A program made the translations under genes and the position numbers. This document shows, one piece after another, positions 9,284-18,923 of a stretch of DNA of 64,000 nt. Under the pieces are notes generated by a model that made no database searches, was not told the DNA's origin, and saw only the letters and a program-made list of their open reading frames with translations. The DNA comes from Escherichia phage NJ01. The stretch is taken from the sequence record NC_018835.1, one strand, 5' to 3'. Each line of letters opens with the position of its first letter. The first letter of the stretch is position 1.

Positions 9284-12200
9284 ATGGCGCTGTATCCAAT
9301 AAAGTCACTAGGTGCTGTAGGCGTTATCGCTGATCAGGCTCCGACAGACTTAGCTCCTAATGCTTTCACTAATGCTATAAATGCTCGATTTGTTGAGCAG
9401 AGAGTATTTAAGACGGGGGGCAATGCCCCTCTTTCTTATGTAGATGAAGATAAGGATTTAACCCCTCTGTCTTTCGTTTCTATGCCTTTCGATTATTATA
9501 GCGCAGGTAATAGCTTTCTTGTTGTAGGTACGGATAAGAAGTTATATAAACTGACAGATGAAAGCTTGACTGACATTAGCCGTAAGGTTGCTACAGTCAC
9601 TAAAAAGGCTTCTGCCTCAATTAAGATTTATCCAGTTGTTTCTCAGATTGTTCCAAAAGAATCAACTATTTCAATGAACTTCAATCAGACTAAGAATCTA
9701 GAAGTTTCTCTTCTTCCTGCTGATGCTAACAATACCGACCTTGTTTGGGAGGTTAGTAATTCATCTTATGGAAGTATTACAGTAGACCCTAGTGATTCTA
9801 AACTTGCTACTCTAACATCTTTTGAGAGAGAGGGTAATCTTGTAGTAACTATCTCTACTGCTGATGATTCTGTAGTGGCTCAGATTGCTGTTAACATTAT
9901 AGATGGTGATTCGGGAATCTTCTTGAGTCAAGACACTGTTACTATCCGTAAAGGAGGGACTACCACTCTTACAGCTGTTACTGGTAAAACTCCTGTAACT
10001 TGGTCCAGCAGCAATGCTTCTATTGTATCTGTAACCCCTAATGCTAATTCCCTAACTGCTGTTATTACTGCTAATGGTGAGGGCAATGTAACAATCACTG
10101 CTGATAACGGAACGAAAACTGCTTCTTGTGAGGTTGTTTCCATACCTCAGATTGACAGTATCACCTTAAGTCAGTCAGATGTGATAGTTAGTAGAGGTTC
10201 TCAATACATTTTAACTGCTACCCTTTCTCCTGCTAACGCCCCTAATCAAAACATTACTTGGACTTCTTCTAATCCAAATATTGCAACAGTATCAGGGACC
10301 AGTACACAAGGGACGGTCAACGCCCTACTCGCTGGCTTTACTGAGATTACGGCTACCACTGAAGAAGGTAACAGAGTTGCTGTCTGTACTGTACGAGTAG
10401 ACTTAGCTGGAAGGGCGATGAGAACAAGTGCTATGGCATTTGCTGCACCTGCATCAGAACCAATTGAATCACAAGAGGAAGAAGTAGTAACTCCTCCTGA
10501 AAGTGAAGAGATGGTTTATTTTGCTGAGCCTACGTCTGGTATTGATACGTCAGGGATGTACGAAGGTAACAGCTTCTATGACTATTCTAACGTAAATGAT
10601 ATTGAAGGTTTTGCAAGAGCTTCTTTGTTCGCAACTCCTTTGTCATCCGTAACCTTAGATGTTGTCAGCGCTTCTCTCGATGTTGGTGAGGAAATAGTTA
10701 TCACAGCTACAGCTTCCCCAGAAGGTGATTATTCTTATCAGTGGTCTGTTGATAAGACTGGTTATGTTTCTACAACTTCAGTTACTGGTAAATCTATCAA
10801 ACTGGTTGCTCTTCGTAAAGGAGAGATTAATGTAACATGTACTGTCAGCCAAATGACTCAGAAGGATTACGACGCTTTTGATGACTACCCTTGGTATCAC
10901 GCTGTTATCTCTAACTGTGCAGTTGCTACAACTCACTATGAAACTCCTCAGGTAAAAGAATTCGAATCAGAATACTTTGTAGACCTTCCGGGATGGGGTG
11001 AGCAAACAGTTGTTGATAATGATGGAAACCCTTCAGTCAAGAAGTTTAACTGGAAATGTGAAAGAGTAAGATCTTTTAACAACCGTCTTTTTGCTCTGAA
11101 TATGAGAGAGGCTAATGCTTCTGGTGTTACCACTAACTACCCACTTCGTCTTCGTTGGTCTAACTTTGCCAATGAGAACAAAGCTCCTACACTGTGGGAT
11201 GACTTTGCCTACGATCGGGTTGTGTCTTCGGACTTGGCTTCTAACATCGTAGGACAGACTCAGGCTTTAGAAAATGGATATGCTGGTTACATTGACCTAG
11301 CGGACTCTAACGGCAGCTTAATTGATATCTTACCTCTTAAAGATTACTTGTTCGTTTATACAGAGTTTGAAACGTATATTGGTTCTCCGACTAATAACAC
11401 ATACCAACCTCTGATGTTCAAGAAACTCTTTAATGACTCTGGTATCCTTGCTCCTGAGTGTGTGGTTGAAGTAGAAGGTAGCCACTTCGTAGTTACTCAG
11501 AACGATGTAATCCTACACAATGGTGCAACCAAGAAGTCAATTGCATCTAACCGTGTTAAGAACATGCTGATTAATGAGGTGTGTCTGGTTAACCCTCTAG
11601 CAACTCGAGTACACTTGCATCAGGATAAGAAAGAAGTTTGGGTTCTCTATGTAGGTCCGGGAGAGCCGAAAGAAAGCTTCGCTTGCACTAAAGCTGCTGT
11701 ATGGAACTACGAGTTTGATACTTGGTCTTTCCGTACTATCCCTTATGCTCAGTGTATCGGTCTGGTTGATCCTCCTGTTCTAGAGAGAGGTCCAATCTGG
11801 TCTGACTTCCAAGAGATCACTTGGGATGACCCATCTATCAAAGAACTCGTTTGGAGAAAGGATGCAACAAACTTTAGACAGAGGGTTACGATAGTAGGTT
11901 CGTTCTTGAGGGGATTCTACCAAGTGGATGTAGGTGCTCTTGATTATTTCTATGACAGGTTAAATGATGTTGTTATAGAGAAGCCTCTGGAGATGAGGTT
12001 GGAGAGAACTGGTCTAGATTTTGATAATGTGACAAATGAGTGGAATCAGAAGCATATTAACAGATTCCGTCCTCAGACAACCGGCTCAGGCACTTATACC
12101 TTTGAAGCTGGAGGTAGTCAATTCTCAAATGAATATGGACACCCACACACATCTAAGACTTATACAATCGGTGTTGACAGGCATGTCTCGGTGAGACTGA

Positions 12201-12301
12201 ACCATCCATACCTTTTCTATAATGTTATAGATAATGATGTTAACAGTAATGCTGCTATCAATGGGTTAACGATAGAGTTTGCTGTTGGCGGACGGAGATA
12301 A
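9284..12301 (+). CDS. large virion structural protein with tandem Ig-like (BIG2) domains
   Basis: 1005 aa; at least three BIG2-like segments (residues ~110-370); SD AAGGAGG. Confidence 0.65.
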   Translation: MALYPIKSLGAVGVIADQAPTDLAPNAFTNAINARFVEQRVFKTGGNAPLSYVDEDKDLTPLSFVSMPFDYYSAGNSFLVVGTDKKLYKLTDESLTDISRKVATVTKKASASIKIYPVVSQIVPKESTISMNFNQTKNLEVSLLPADANNTDLVWEVSNSSYGSITVDPSDSKLATLTSFEREGNLVVTISTADDSVVAQIAVNIIDGDSGIFLSQDTVTIRKGGTTTLTAVTGKTPVTWSSSNASIVSVTPNANSLTAVITANGEGNVTITADNGTKTASCEVVSIPQIDSITLSQSDVIVSRGSQYILTATLSPANAPNQNITWTSSNPNIATVSGTSTQGTVNALLAGFTEITATTEEGNRVAVCTVRVDLAGRAMRTSAMAFAAPASEPIESQEEEVVTPPESEEMVYFAEPTSGIDTSGMYEGNSFYDYSNVNDIEGFARASLFATPLSSVTLDVVSASLDVGEEIVITATASPEGDYSYQWSVDKTGYVSTTSVTGKSIKLVALRKGEINVTCTVSQMTQKDYDAFDDYPWYHAVISNCAVATTHYETPQVKEFESEYFVDLPGWGEQTVVDNDGNPSVKKFNWKCERVRSFNNRLFALNMREANASGVTTNYPLRLRWSNFANENKAPTLWDDFAYDRVVSSDLASNIVGQTQALENGYAGYIDLADSNGSLIDILPLKDYLFVYTEFETYIGSPTNNTYQPLMFKKLFNDSGILAPECVVEVEGSHFVVTQNDVILHNGATKKSIASNRVKNMLINEVCLVNPLATRVHLHQDKKEVWVLYVGPGEPKESFACTKAAVWNYEFDTWSFRTIPYAQCIGLVDPPVLERGPIWSDFQEITWDDPSIKELVWRKDATNFRQRVTIVGSFLRGFYQVDVGALDYFYDRLNDVVIEKPLEMRLERTGLDFDNVTNEWNQKHINRFRPQTTGSGTYTFEAGGSQFSNEYGHPHTSKTYTIGVDRHVSVRLNHPYLFYNVIDNDVNSNAAINGLTIEFAVGGRR

Positions 12302-12307
12302 CAACAA

Positions 12308-12334
12308 GGGGCTTCGTGCCCCTTTTATTGTTTT
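12308..12334 (+). terminator. intrinsic terminator
   Basis: ggggc-ttcgt-gcccc hairpin followed by ttttattgtttt. Confidence 0.6.
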
Positions 12335-12344
12335 GGAGGAACTT

Positions 12345-13313
12345 ATGGGTGCAGGTGGTTTTCGTAAGAACACTGGTCGTAATAACACCACACTCCCGTA
12401 CAACGTTGGGTTTCTCAATAATGTACAGGACACAGAAACATATAACGTAGCCGTATATGACGAGCTACAGAAAGTCAGTACAGCTACTAACCAAATGTTC
12501 CAAGCTATTGATGAGATTCACGATGAGATTGATGTTCGTATCAAAGCTCTTCATGCGATGAATCTACAATTTGATGAGCTTGAGAACAGAATTACCACAG
12601 AGATTGAAACAGCTATCGCAGATATTATAACACAGATGGGGAATCTCTCCACTGAAGATATTTGGGATAATTCTGTTCAACCTCCTGTAAAATTAGAAAG
12701 CACTGTATCTGGCTTTAAGACAAGTATTGAAGGTAACACAACTAAGATTCAAACGGTAGAAGGGATTGTTAACGACCAAGGTCAAGAGATTGCTTTAGTT
12801 CAGACAGAGATTCAAAATATCAATGGAAGCCTCTCTCAGTATATGAAGCTTTCTGAGTATGAAGCTACTTGGGGTGTTAACTCTACGGTCAACGGAAGAT
12901 ACGCTGGGGTCAAGTTAACTAACAACGGAACAAACAGTCAATTCCAAGTAACAGCTAACAAGTTTATTGTTGGTGATGGCAGCTCTGGTAATACCCCTTT
13001 TGTATTTGAAGGCGGAAGAGCTAGGATGGAATTCGCTGACATAAAGAACGTCAACATCACAACAGCTCAGATTGCCAACGCTAGAATTCAATGGGCACAG
13101 ATTGATAACGTATCTATCTCCAATGCTCAAATTCAGAACTTATCAGCGGATAAAATCACTGCTGGTTCTATGTGGGGTTCTAACTGGAGACTTACTGTTG
13201 GGGGTGACTTTGTTATGGGTGGCACAGGTGGTTCTCAGTTGTGGATGAATGGTAATAGAATAGATTTTTATGATGGGAGTGGAACTCTTCGCATAAGAAT
13301 AGGGAGTTGGTAA
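12345..13313 (+). CDS. virion structural protein (coiled-coil N-terminal region), function unknown
   Basis: ATG 12345 with GGAGG SD preferred over overlapping TTG 12279; 322 aa. Confidence 0.55.
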   Translation: MGAGGFRKNTGRNNTTLPYNVGFLNNVQDTETYNVAVYDELQKVSTATNQMFQAIDEIHDEIDVRIKALHAMNLQFDELENRITTEIETAIADIITQMGNLSTEDIWDNSVQPPVKLESTVSGFKTSIEGNTTKIQTVEGIVNDQGQEIALVQTEIQNINGSLSQYMKLSEYEATWGVNSTVNGRYAGVKLTNNGTNSQFQVTANKFIVGDGSSGNTPFVFEGGRARMEFADIKNVNITTAQIANARIQWAQIDNVSISNAQIQNLSADKITAGSMWGSNWRLTVGGDFVMGGTGGSQLWMNGNRIDFYDGSGTLRIRIGSW

Positions 13314-13314
13314 T

Positions 13315-14349
13315 ATGGCGTATGGAATATGGACAAGACCGGTCGGTCCGGGGCCAGCAGCACCTGCTGATATTTACATTGACAGTGGTAGCACATTCCC
13401 TCAGTTAAGAAACAGGGTCAGTGGTAATTTTTCTTTTAATGGTAACACATGTGATCTACCTATAAGCGGTTGGGATGGAAGTGGTCAGATAGTTGTAGTC
13501 CCAACAGGGTCTGTTGTTTGGGAGAGATACATACCTCCTAATGTAACATCTGATGTGTATTGGCTAACGGATATATCTGTTATTAATAACTCAACCTTCA
13601 GAGTTACTATGGATTATAATGTAAACGGTTGGGTATTTGATATGGCTTTTAATGTATATCAAATATGGCCTAGAGCTAACAGGAACTATGGAATCACATT
13701 CTCCAACTCTGCTGACTATTTCTCAATCTCTGATTCTGGAGTTGTTGGTCAATGTATTTGGGCTTGGGAGGGTGACATAAATGGTGCTCTTCAAATACCA
13801 GATATTGGTGGTTTTGATATGAGCCGAGCAACTGTCTACGCGAATTGGAGTAACGGCGGAGCAGGTCTGCTATACAACCCATCCAATAGGGTTGTTTATG
13901 TGTACCAGAACAGGTCTCATGATAATGGTAACACAAACCAAACAGGGTACATTGGTGGTGTTAGGATTGCCGTCTTCTGTGATGGTTCGGGAGTACCAAC
14001 CCACAATGGAGGTTTAAATATCTTTTCTCCAAATGGGTCTCAGTGTGTTTTTTCTACATATAGAACCCCTTTTAGTGTTGAGGGGTTTATGCCTATGAGT
14101 GGTGGTAACACATCTTTGGCCTATCCAATGATACCTCTATCTTATGGTGCTGGAGCAATAAGAGGTAAGGCTAGTGGTTGGTATTTTCAACACACAAGAT
14201 CTCACATGATGAATGGCTCTTCTTTTGGTACAGGTTTCGGAAGGATGATTTACTCTTGGAGTAGTCAATATGATTTAGGAGGGGGTGGTGCCCTCGGGTT
14301 AAGTATTCCAATATTAGATGCTAGAAAGATATTCAGGAGTATACAATAA
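13315..14349 (+). CDS. virion structural protein, function unknown
   Basis: 344 aa; start overlaps upstream stop (TAATATG). Confidence 0.5.
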   Translation: MAYGIWTRPVGPGPAAPADIYIDSGSTFPQLRNRVSGNFSFNGNTCDLPISGWDGSGQIVVVPTGSVVWERYIPPNVTSDVYWLTDISVINNSTFRVTMDYNVNGWVFDMAFNVYQIWPRANRNYGITFSNSADYFSISDSGVVGQCIWAWEGDINGALQIPDIGGFDMSRATVYANWSNGGAGLLYNPSNRVVYVYQNRSHDNGNTNQTGYIGGVRIAVFCDGSGVPTHNGGLNIFSPNGSQCVFSTYRTPFSVEGFMPMSGGNTSLAYPMIPLSYGAGAIRGKASGWYFQHTRSHMMNGSSFGTGFGRMIYSWSSQYDLGGGGALGLSIPILDARKIFRSIQ

Positions 14350-14358
14350 GGAGATATT

Positions 14359-15141
14359 ATGGCAATTAGAATGGGTATCGAAGAACTAGACCCAATGGTA
14401 CAGCAAGCTTCAAAGAAGTATGGGATTCCTGCTGCTTTGATTCATGCTGTAATCCAAAGAGAGTCTAGTGGACGTCCTAAAGTAGCCTCTGGAACTGGTC
14501 CTGTAGGTCTAATGCAGATCAGTAAAGGGTTGGCTAAAGACTATGGATACAAACTAGAAGATAGACTGGACCCAGCAAAGAATATTGACATGGGTGCTCG
14601 TTATATCAGAGATAACTTAAAAGCTTTTAATGGTGATATTAAGAAAGCAATGGTTGGTTACTCTGAAGGGACAGGGGGTGCTAGGCAGATGTTTGCTGGT
14701 AAGAAAGGGTTTACCCCTCAGGCTCTAGACTCAATGAACAATAAACATTTTCTTCCTTTTTACGGTGATGCAGCTTCTCAGATTGCTAACCCAATTGGGG
14801 CTTTACAAGCTGTTCAACCAGCCAATCAGTTTAATCCTGACCTGTTAGATAGAGAGAAGGCTGCACAAGCTCCCACTCAGGCAGAGATTGCTGCTTCTAA
14901 GACGGGTGCTTTAGGTGGTAATCCGGTAGAGTTTTACTCTGATGAAGTACAGGAGGGTGAAGACCAGAAGCCTCAACAGAACTTTGGTAATGCAGTATTA
15001 GGAGTAGCTGCTATGCTTGCTGGTAAACCTCCTACTTCTCAAACAGTTCAGAGGGCAAGTGCACCTCATGCAGCAGGTTCTCAGTACAGTCCACAAACAC
15101 AAGCAGTGCTTAGACGTTTGGCTAGCATTGGTGTTAAGTAA
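14359..15141 (+). CDS. lytic transglycosylase (SLT domain), virion-associated peptidoglycan hydrolase
   Basis: 260 aa; SLT signature VIQRESSGRP...GLMQIS; SD AAGGAG. Confidence 0.8.
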   Translation: MAIRMGIEELDPMVQQASKKYGIPAALIHAVIQRESSGRPKVASGTGPVGLMQISKGLAKDYGYKLEDRLDPAKNIDMGARYIRDNLKAFNGDIKKAMVGYSEGTGGARQMFAGKKGFTPQALDSMNNKHFLPFYGDAASQIANPIGALQAVQPANQFNPDLLDREKAAQAPTQAEIAASKTGALGGNPVEFYSDEVQEGEDQKPQQNFGNAVLGVAAMLAGKPPTSQTVQRASAPHAAGSQYSPQTQAVLRRLASIGVK

Positions 15142-15160
15142 TAGTCATTAAGGAGGACTT

Positions 15161-16213
15161 ATGTCTTTATTTGGAAAATCAGCTTCTAGCAAAACCACAG
15201 TGGCTCCTTCCTCTCAGGTTGATGCCCTGCTGAAGCAGATTGTTGCTAATGCTCAGAATATGCAGAACAACGATCAGGGATTTATTTCCCAACAGCTGGC
15301 TGGGTTTAATGGCAACCAACAAGGTGCTCTGAATAACTTAGCAGCTTCTACAACTCAAAAACAATTGGCTGATATGTACACACCTCGTACACAGCAAGGT
15401 TTGGACCAACTGAACTCTCTTGCCAAACAGTATCAGAATATTGTTAATGGTGGCGGTTTAACTGCTGATGGTGTTAACAACTTTAGTAAAGGATTAAATA
15501 GCTCAGCTCTTGCTCAGGCTACTAGCAAAGCAGCTTCTAATGTTTCTCTTGGCAATGGCTCTGATTCAGGCTCTCTCCGTAGGGCTGCGGCTCAAGGGGC
15601 GGCTTTGAATGGTGCTAATACAAATCTATCTCGTACCATCAATGGTAAGAACATGGGAATCAGTGCTCTTCAACAAGACCAGAACTTCCAGAGAGGTTTG
15701 CTTGGTGCTCAGTCTGGTTTAGCTGGACAGAATCTCAATCTTGGTGCTCAAGGTGTTCAGGCAACTCAGCAAGCTATCCAGAATCAACTTATGGCTGGTA
15801 ATCTACAACAGCAACAAGCTCAAGCTCAAGCAGATATCAATTGGCAAAACGCTATTGGTTCTCAGCAGTATGGATGGAATCAGCTTAACAACCAGCTTAA
15901 TGTATTAAACAGTGTAAGCCCGATGGCTGGATACACAATTAAGAATGCTGCTCCGGGAGTTAATACTGGACAACAGCTCCTAGGTGCTGGTATCACTGGC
16001 TTGGGTATTGCAGGTCGTTTGGGTGCTTTCTCTCCTAACCAACAGACCCAGAATGCTTGGAGTTCCTATAACAACTCAGGTGGGCAGTCTGGTATGGCTG
16101 GTCCTATGATTGGAGGTTCTAATCTTTCTCAACAGAAAGGTCAGTCTAACTGGTTATCCACAACGGGTAATAATATCTTAGGCGGTGTCTTAGGGGCATT
16201 CGGAGCAAACTAA
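15161..16213 (+). CDS. Q/N/G-rich internal virion protein
   Basis: 350 aa low-complexity; shares FN.NQ..ALNNLA motif with next gene. Confidence 0.5.
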   Translation: MSLFGKSASSKTTVAPSSQVDALLKQIVANAQNMQNNDQGFISQQLAGFNGNQQGALNNLAASTTQKQLADMYTPRTQQGLDQLNSLAKQYQNIVNGGGLTADGVNNFSKGLNSSALAQATSKAASNVSLGNGSDSGSLRRAAAQGAALNGANTNLSRTINGKNMGISALQQDQNFQRGLLGAQSGLAGQNLNLGAQGVQATQQAIQNQLMAGNLQQQQAQAQADINWQNAIGSQQYGWNQLNNQLNVLNSVSPMAGYTIKNAAPGVNTGQQLLGAGITGLGIAGRLGAFSPNQQTQNAWSSYNNSGGQSGMAGPMIGGSNLSQQKGQSNWLSTTGNNILGGVLGAFGAN

Positions 16214-16225
16214 AGGAGATTTGAT

Positions 16226-17194
16226 ATGGCTTTATTTGGAGGAGGGAATAGTAAAACTACTTCCCAAATGATTCGCCCTGAATACATTCAACAGTATATT
16301 GACCAGCTTAACCAGCAGATTGGTAATACTAGTTCAGGGGATTATGTTTATCGTGACAATGTAGGGTTTAATAACAACCAGACAGAAGCTCTTAACAACT
16401 TGGCACAATCTGGTGCTCTAGGGACTCTCTCACAACAATACATGGATGCAGCAGGCCAAGGGTTGGGTTATCTAGATAATGCCTATAAAGGCTACCAGAG
16501 CCTTTCTGGACAAGGTGGGGTTACTGGAGAACAGATTGGTGCTCTTGCTGGTCAATTGTATGATGACGATGCTGTGCAAGCAGCTATTACAGCTAATAAC
16601 GAACAAGTTCAACAGAACCTAGCACGTAATGCTTTGCCTCAGTTAGCTCAACAGTATGCTGGTCAGCAGGGTTCAGGTGCTCGTATGGCTAAATCTTTCG
16701 CTCAAGGCGATGCTCTGAATCAGATGCAAGGACAAGCAACAGATATTACCAATAGCGCCTATAACTCAGCTATTAGTCAAGCTGAAAGCATCCTCTCTGG
16801 TAATAGGCAGAATCAGGCAGCTGCTCTCTCAGGTCTTTCTACTATCGGTTCTAATCTTTCTAACTTAGGCCAGCAAGGTGCTAATTTGTCTCAACAGCAA
16901 ATGATGAATCAATGGAATGCAGGGTTGCAGCAACAACAGCAACAACAGAATGAATATGATAATGCCTACCAGAATGCTCAGAACGCAGCTAATTGGGGAT
17001 GGCAAGATATCAACAACCAACTCGGTGCAGCAGGTGTACTTAACGGCGCTCTCGGACAAACTACAACTACTAAAACATCTGGTGGGGGTGGTGGCTTCTT
17101 AGGTGGAGCTATGAGTGGTGCAGCAGCTGGTTCTTCTTTTGGTCCTTGGGGTGCTTTGGCTGGAGGGGTGATTGGCGGGATGGCTAGTTCTTAA
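16226..17194 (+). CDS. Q/N/G-rich internal virion protein (paralog of 15161..16213)
   Basis: 322 aa; shared motif and Gly-rich C-terminus. Confidence 0.5.
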   Translation: MALFGGGNSKTTSQMIRPEYIQQYIDQLNQQIGNTSSGDYVYRDNVGFNNNQTEALNNLAQSGALGTLSQQYMDAAGQGLGYLDNAYKGYQSLSGQGGVTGEQIGALAGQLYDDDAVQAAITANNEQVQQNLARNALPQLAQQYAGQQGSGARMAKSFAQGDALNQMQGQATDITNSAYNSAISQAESILSGNRQNQAAALSGLSTIGSNLSNLGQQGANLSQQQMMNQWNAGLQQQQQQQNEYDNAYQNAQNAANWGWQDINNQLGAAGVLNGALGQTTTTKTSGGGGGFLGGAMSGAAAGSSFGPWGALAGGVIGGMASS

Positions 17195-17207
17195 TTAGGA
17201 GATAAAT

Positions 17208-18857
17208 ATGCAACAGACAACTTATGCTCAGGTCAGAAGTCGCGACCCGAGAAATACTTTCTATGGTGTTAATCCGGGAGCGGCTTCGGCCTCTCCTTAT
17301 ATGGCTAGACCTATTCAGACATCAGATGTTTCTATGTACCAACGTCCTGCTGTACCTGCTGGACTTTCCCGTCTTGTAGGTCAAACTTCAGTAGATTATC
17401 AGAACATGCTGAACCCTGTTCAGAGTAATGGACTCCCTTCTGATATTCCTAATGACGTACAACCTCAAGCACAACAAGCTGTAACTCTTCCTGAGCCTAA
17501 CAATCAGGAAACTGTGCAAGATGCCGGACCTTCTCCTTCTTCTATTCCTCAGGAATCAGAACCTCTTCCGGTAACACCTCCCACTAAACCGCTAGAAGCT
17601 GGTCCTATGGAGTTTACTCCTTCTCAGGTGGAACAGGCACAAGGTGTGGTTAACACTCTTGCTCAAGGACAAGACACTGGTGATGGTATGGCTGCTGCTA
17701 CTCGTGCTAAAGATCAGGAACGTGTTAACAATGACATCATGCAGGTTGCTAAAGCTAAAGACCCTTCAGAAGCTTGGAATAAACTACAGAAAGAACCTTT
17801 CTATCAGAACTCTAGTTTCTATACAGGTTTGATGGGTGTAGGTCTCTCTATCATGTCAGGTAAGTCTCCTATCGAAGCGTTCCAGATTGGTCAAGGAATG
17901 GCTAATCAAGATGAGACTAAGAAGCAACTAGAAGCTAACCGTGATGCATTGGTTGAACAGGGTTTCTCTCAAGACTCAATTGCAGCTGCTATAGCTCAGG
18001 GTGATCCTTCTCTTCTGAAGATGAAAGCTAAAGACCCTCTTCAACAGGAAGCTCTGTATGCTGCTCGTGAAGAACGTCAGAATGCTGAGTGGGATAGACG
18101 TCAACAGATTCAAGAACAGACTATGCGTGAGCGTGCTGATGAGACTCGACGTGCCGCTGAAGAAAGAGCTAACATGAACTTTGAACGTCAGAAAGAGTTG
18201 ATCGGCTTCCGTGATAAGGTTAAGGCTGAACGTGCTGAACAAGCTGCTCAGAGTTTTAACTTTAACCCGAAAGAAGTTCGTCTTGCTCAGAACACCGCTG
18301 AAGGTACAGTTGCTAAGCAGTGGGCTGAGAAGGGTGGTCTGTTTAATCAGTCCAACAAAGACTTGGATTTGGCTGACAAAGCAGTTAAAGATAAAGATTA
18401 CCAGACAGCTCGTTCTGCTTACATGCAGGCTATTATGAACTCTGCAAGGGCTGAAATTGGTGCTACTCGCTCTCTTACCGAAGAAGACTTGGGACATTTT
18501 GCAGAAGACCCATCGGTCTTTATCCGTGTAGGTAACAAGTTTGCTCTGAAGTCAGGATGGCGTCCTACTGACTCTGCTCTTTCTTATGCTCGTAAGCAGG
18601 CCAATGTTGGTCACACCTCTGCGATGAAAGGTGTTGCTGATGCTAAGAGAGCTACTATCGAAGCATATATTGGTTCTGGTATGGACAAGAAAAGAGCTAC
18701 TGCATTGGTTAACCGTGCAATTCCTTCTGGTGGTTTCTATGACCCTCTCGGTGTTTTCTCTGAGCAAGCAGAAGAGTCAGTTGGTGGTGCAGCAACCAAT
18801 CCTAAACTGAATGGTGCTCTATCGGCTGTTGAAGACACTAGCTGGTTCACTGAGTAA
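17208..18857 (+). CDS. internal virion protein, function unknown
   Basis: 549 aa; SD AGGAG; charged coiled-coil C-terminal half. Confidence 0.5.
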   Translation: MQQTTYAQVRSRDPRNTFYGVNPGAASASPYMARPIQTSDVSMYQRPAVPAGLSRLVGQTSVDYQNMLNPVQSNGLPSDIPNDVQPQAQQAVTLPEPNNQETVQDAGPSPSSIPQESEPLPVTPPTKPLEAGPMEFTPSQVEQAQGVVNTLAQGQDTGDGMAAATRAKDQERVNNDIMQVAKAKDPSEAWNKLQKEPFYQNSSFYTGLMGVGLSIMSGKSPIEAFQIGQGMANQDETKKQLEANRDALVEQGFSQDSIAAAIAQGDPSLLKMKAKDPLQQEALYAAREERQNAEWDRRQQIQEQTMRERADETRRAAEERANMNFERQKELIGFRDKVKAERAEQAAQSFNFNPKEVRLAQNTAEGTVAKQWAEKGGLFNQSNKDLDLADKAVKDKDYQTARSAYMQAIMNSARAEIGATRSLTEEDLGHFAEDPSVFIRVGNKFALKSGWRPTDSALSYARKQANVGHTSAMKGVADAKRATIEAYIGSGMDKKRATALVNRAIPSGGFYDPLGVFSEQAEESVGGAATNPKLNGALSAVEDTSWFTE

Positions 18858-18878
18858 TACCTAAGTCCTGCCTTCTAT

Positions 18879-18889
18879 AATGTATATAG
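18879..18889 (+). promoter_or_regulatory. TAATGTATATA motif, candidate phage middle/late promoter element
   Basis: 35 nt upstream of ATG 18924; same motif as 2047..2056. Confidence 0.4.
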
Positions 18890-18923
18890 GGGGTAGGACA
18901 TTTTATTTATAAAAGGAGACGTT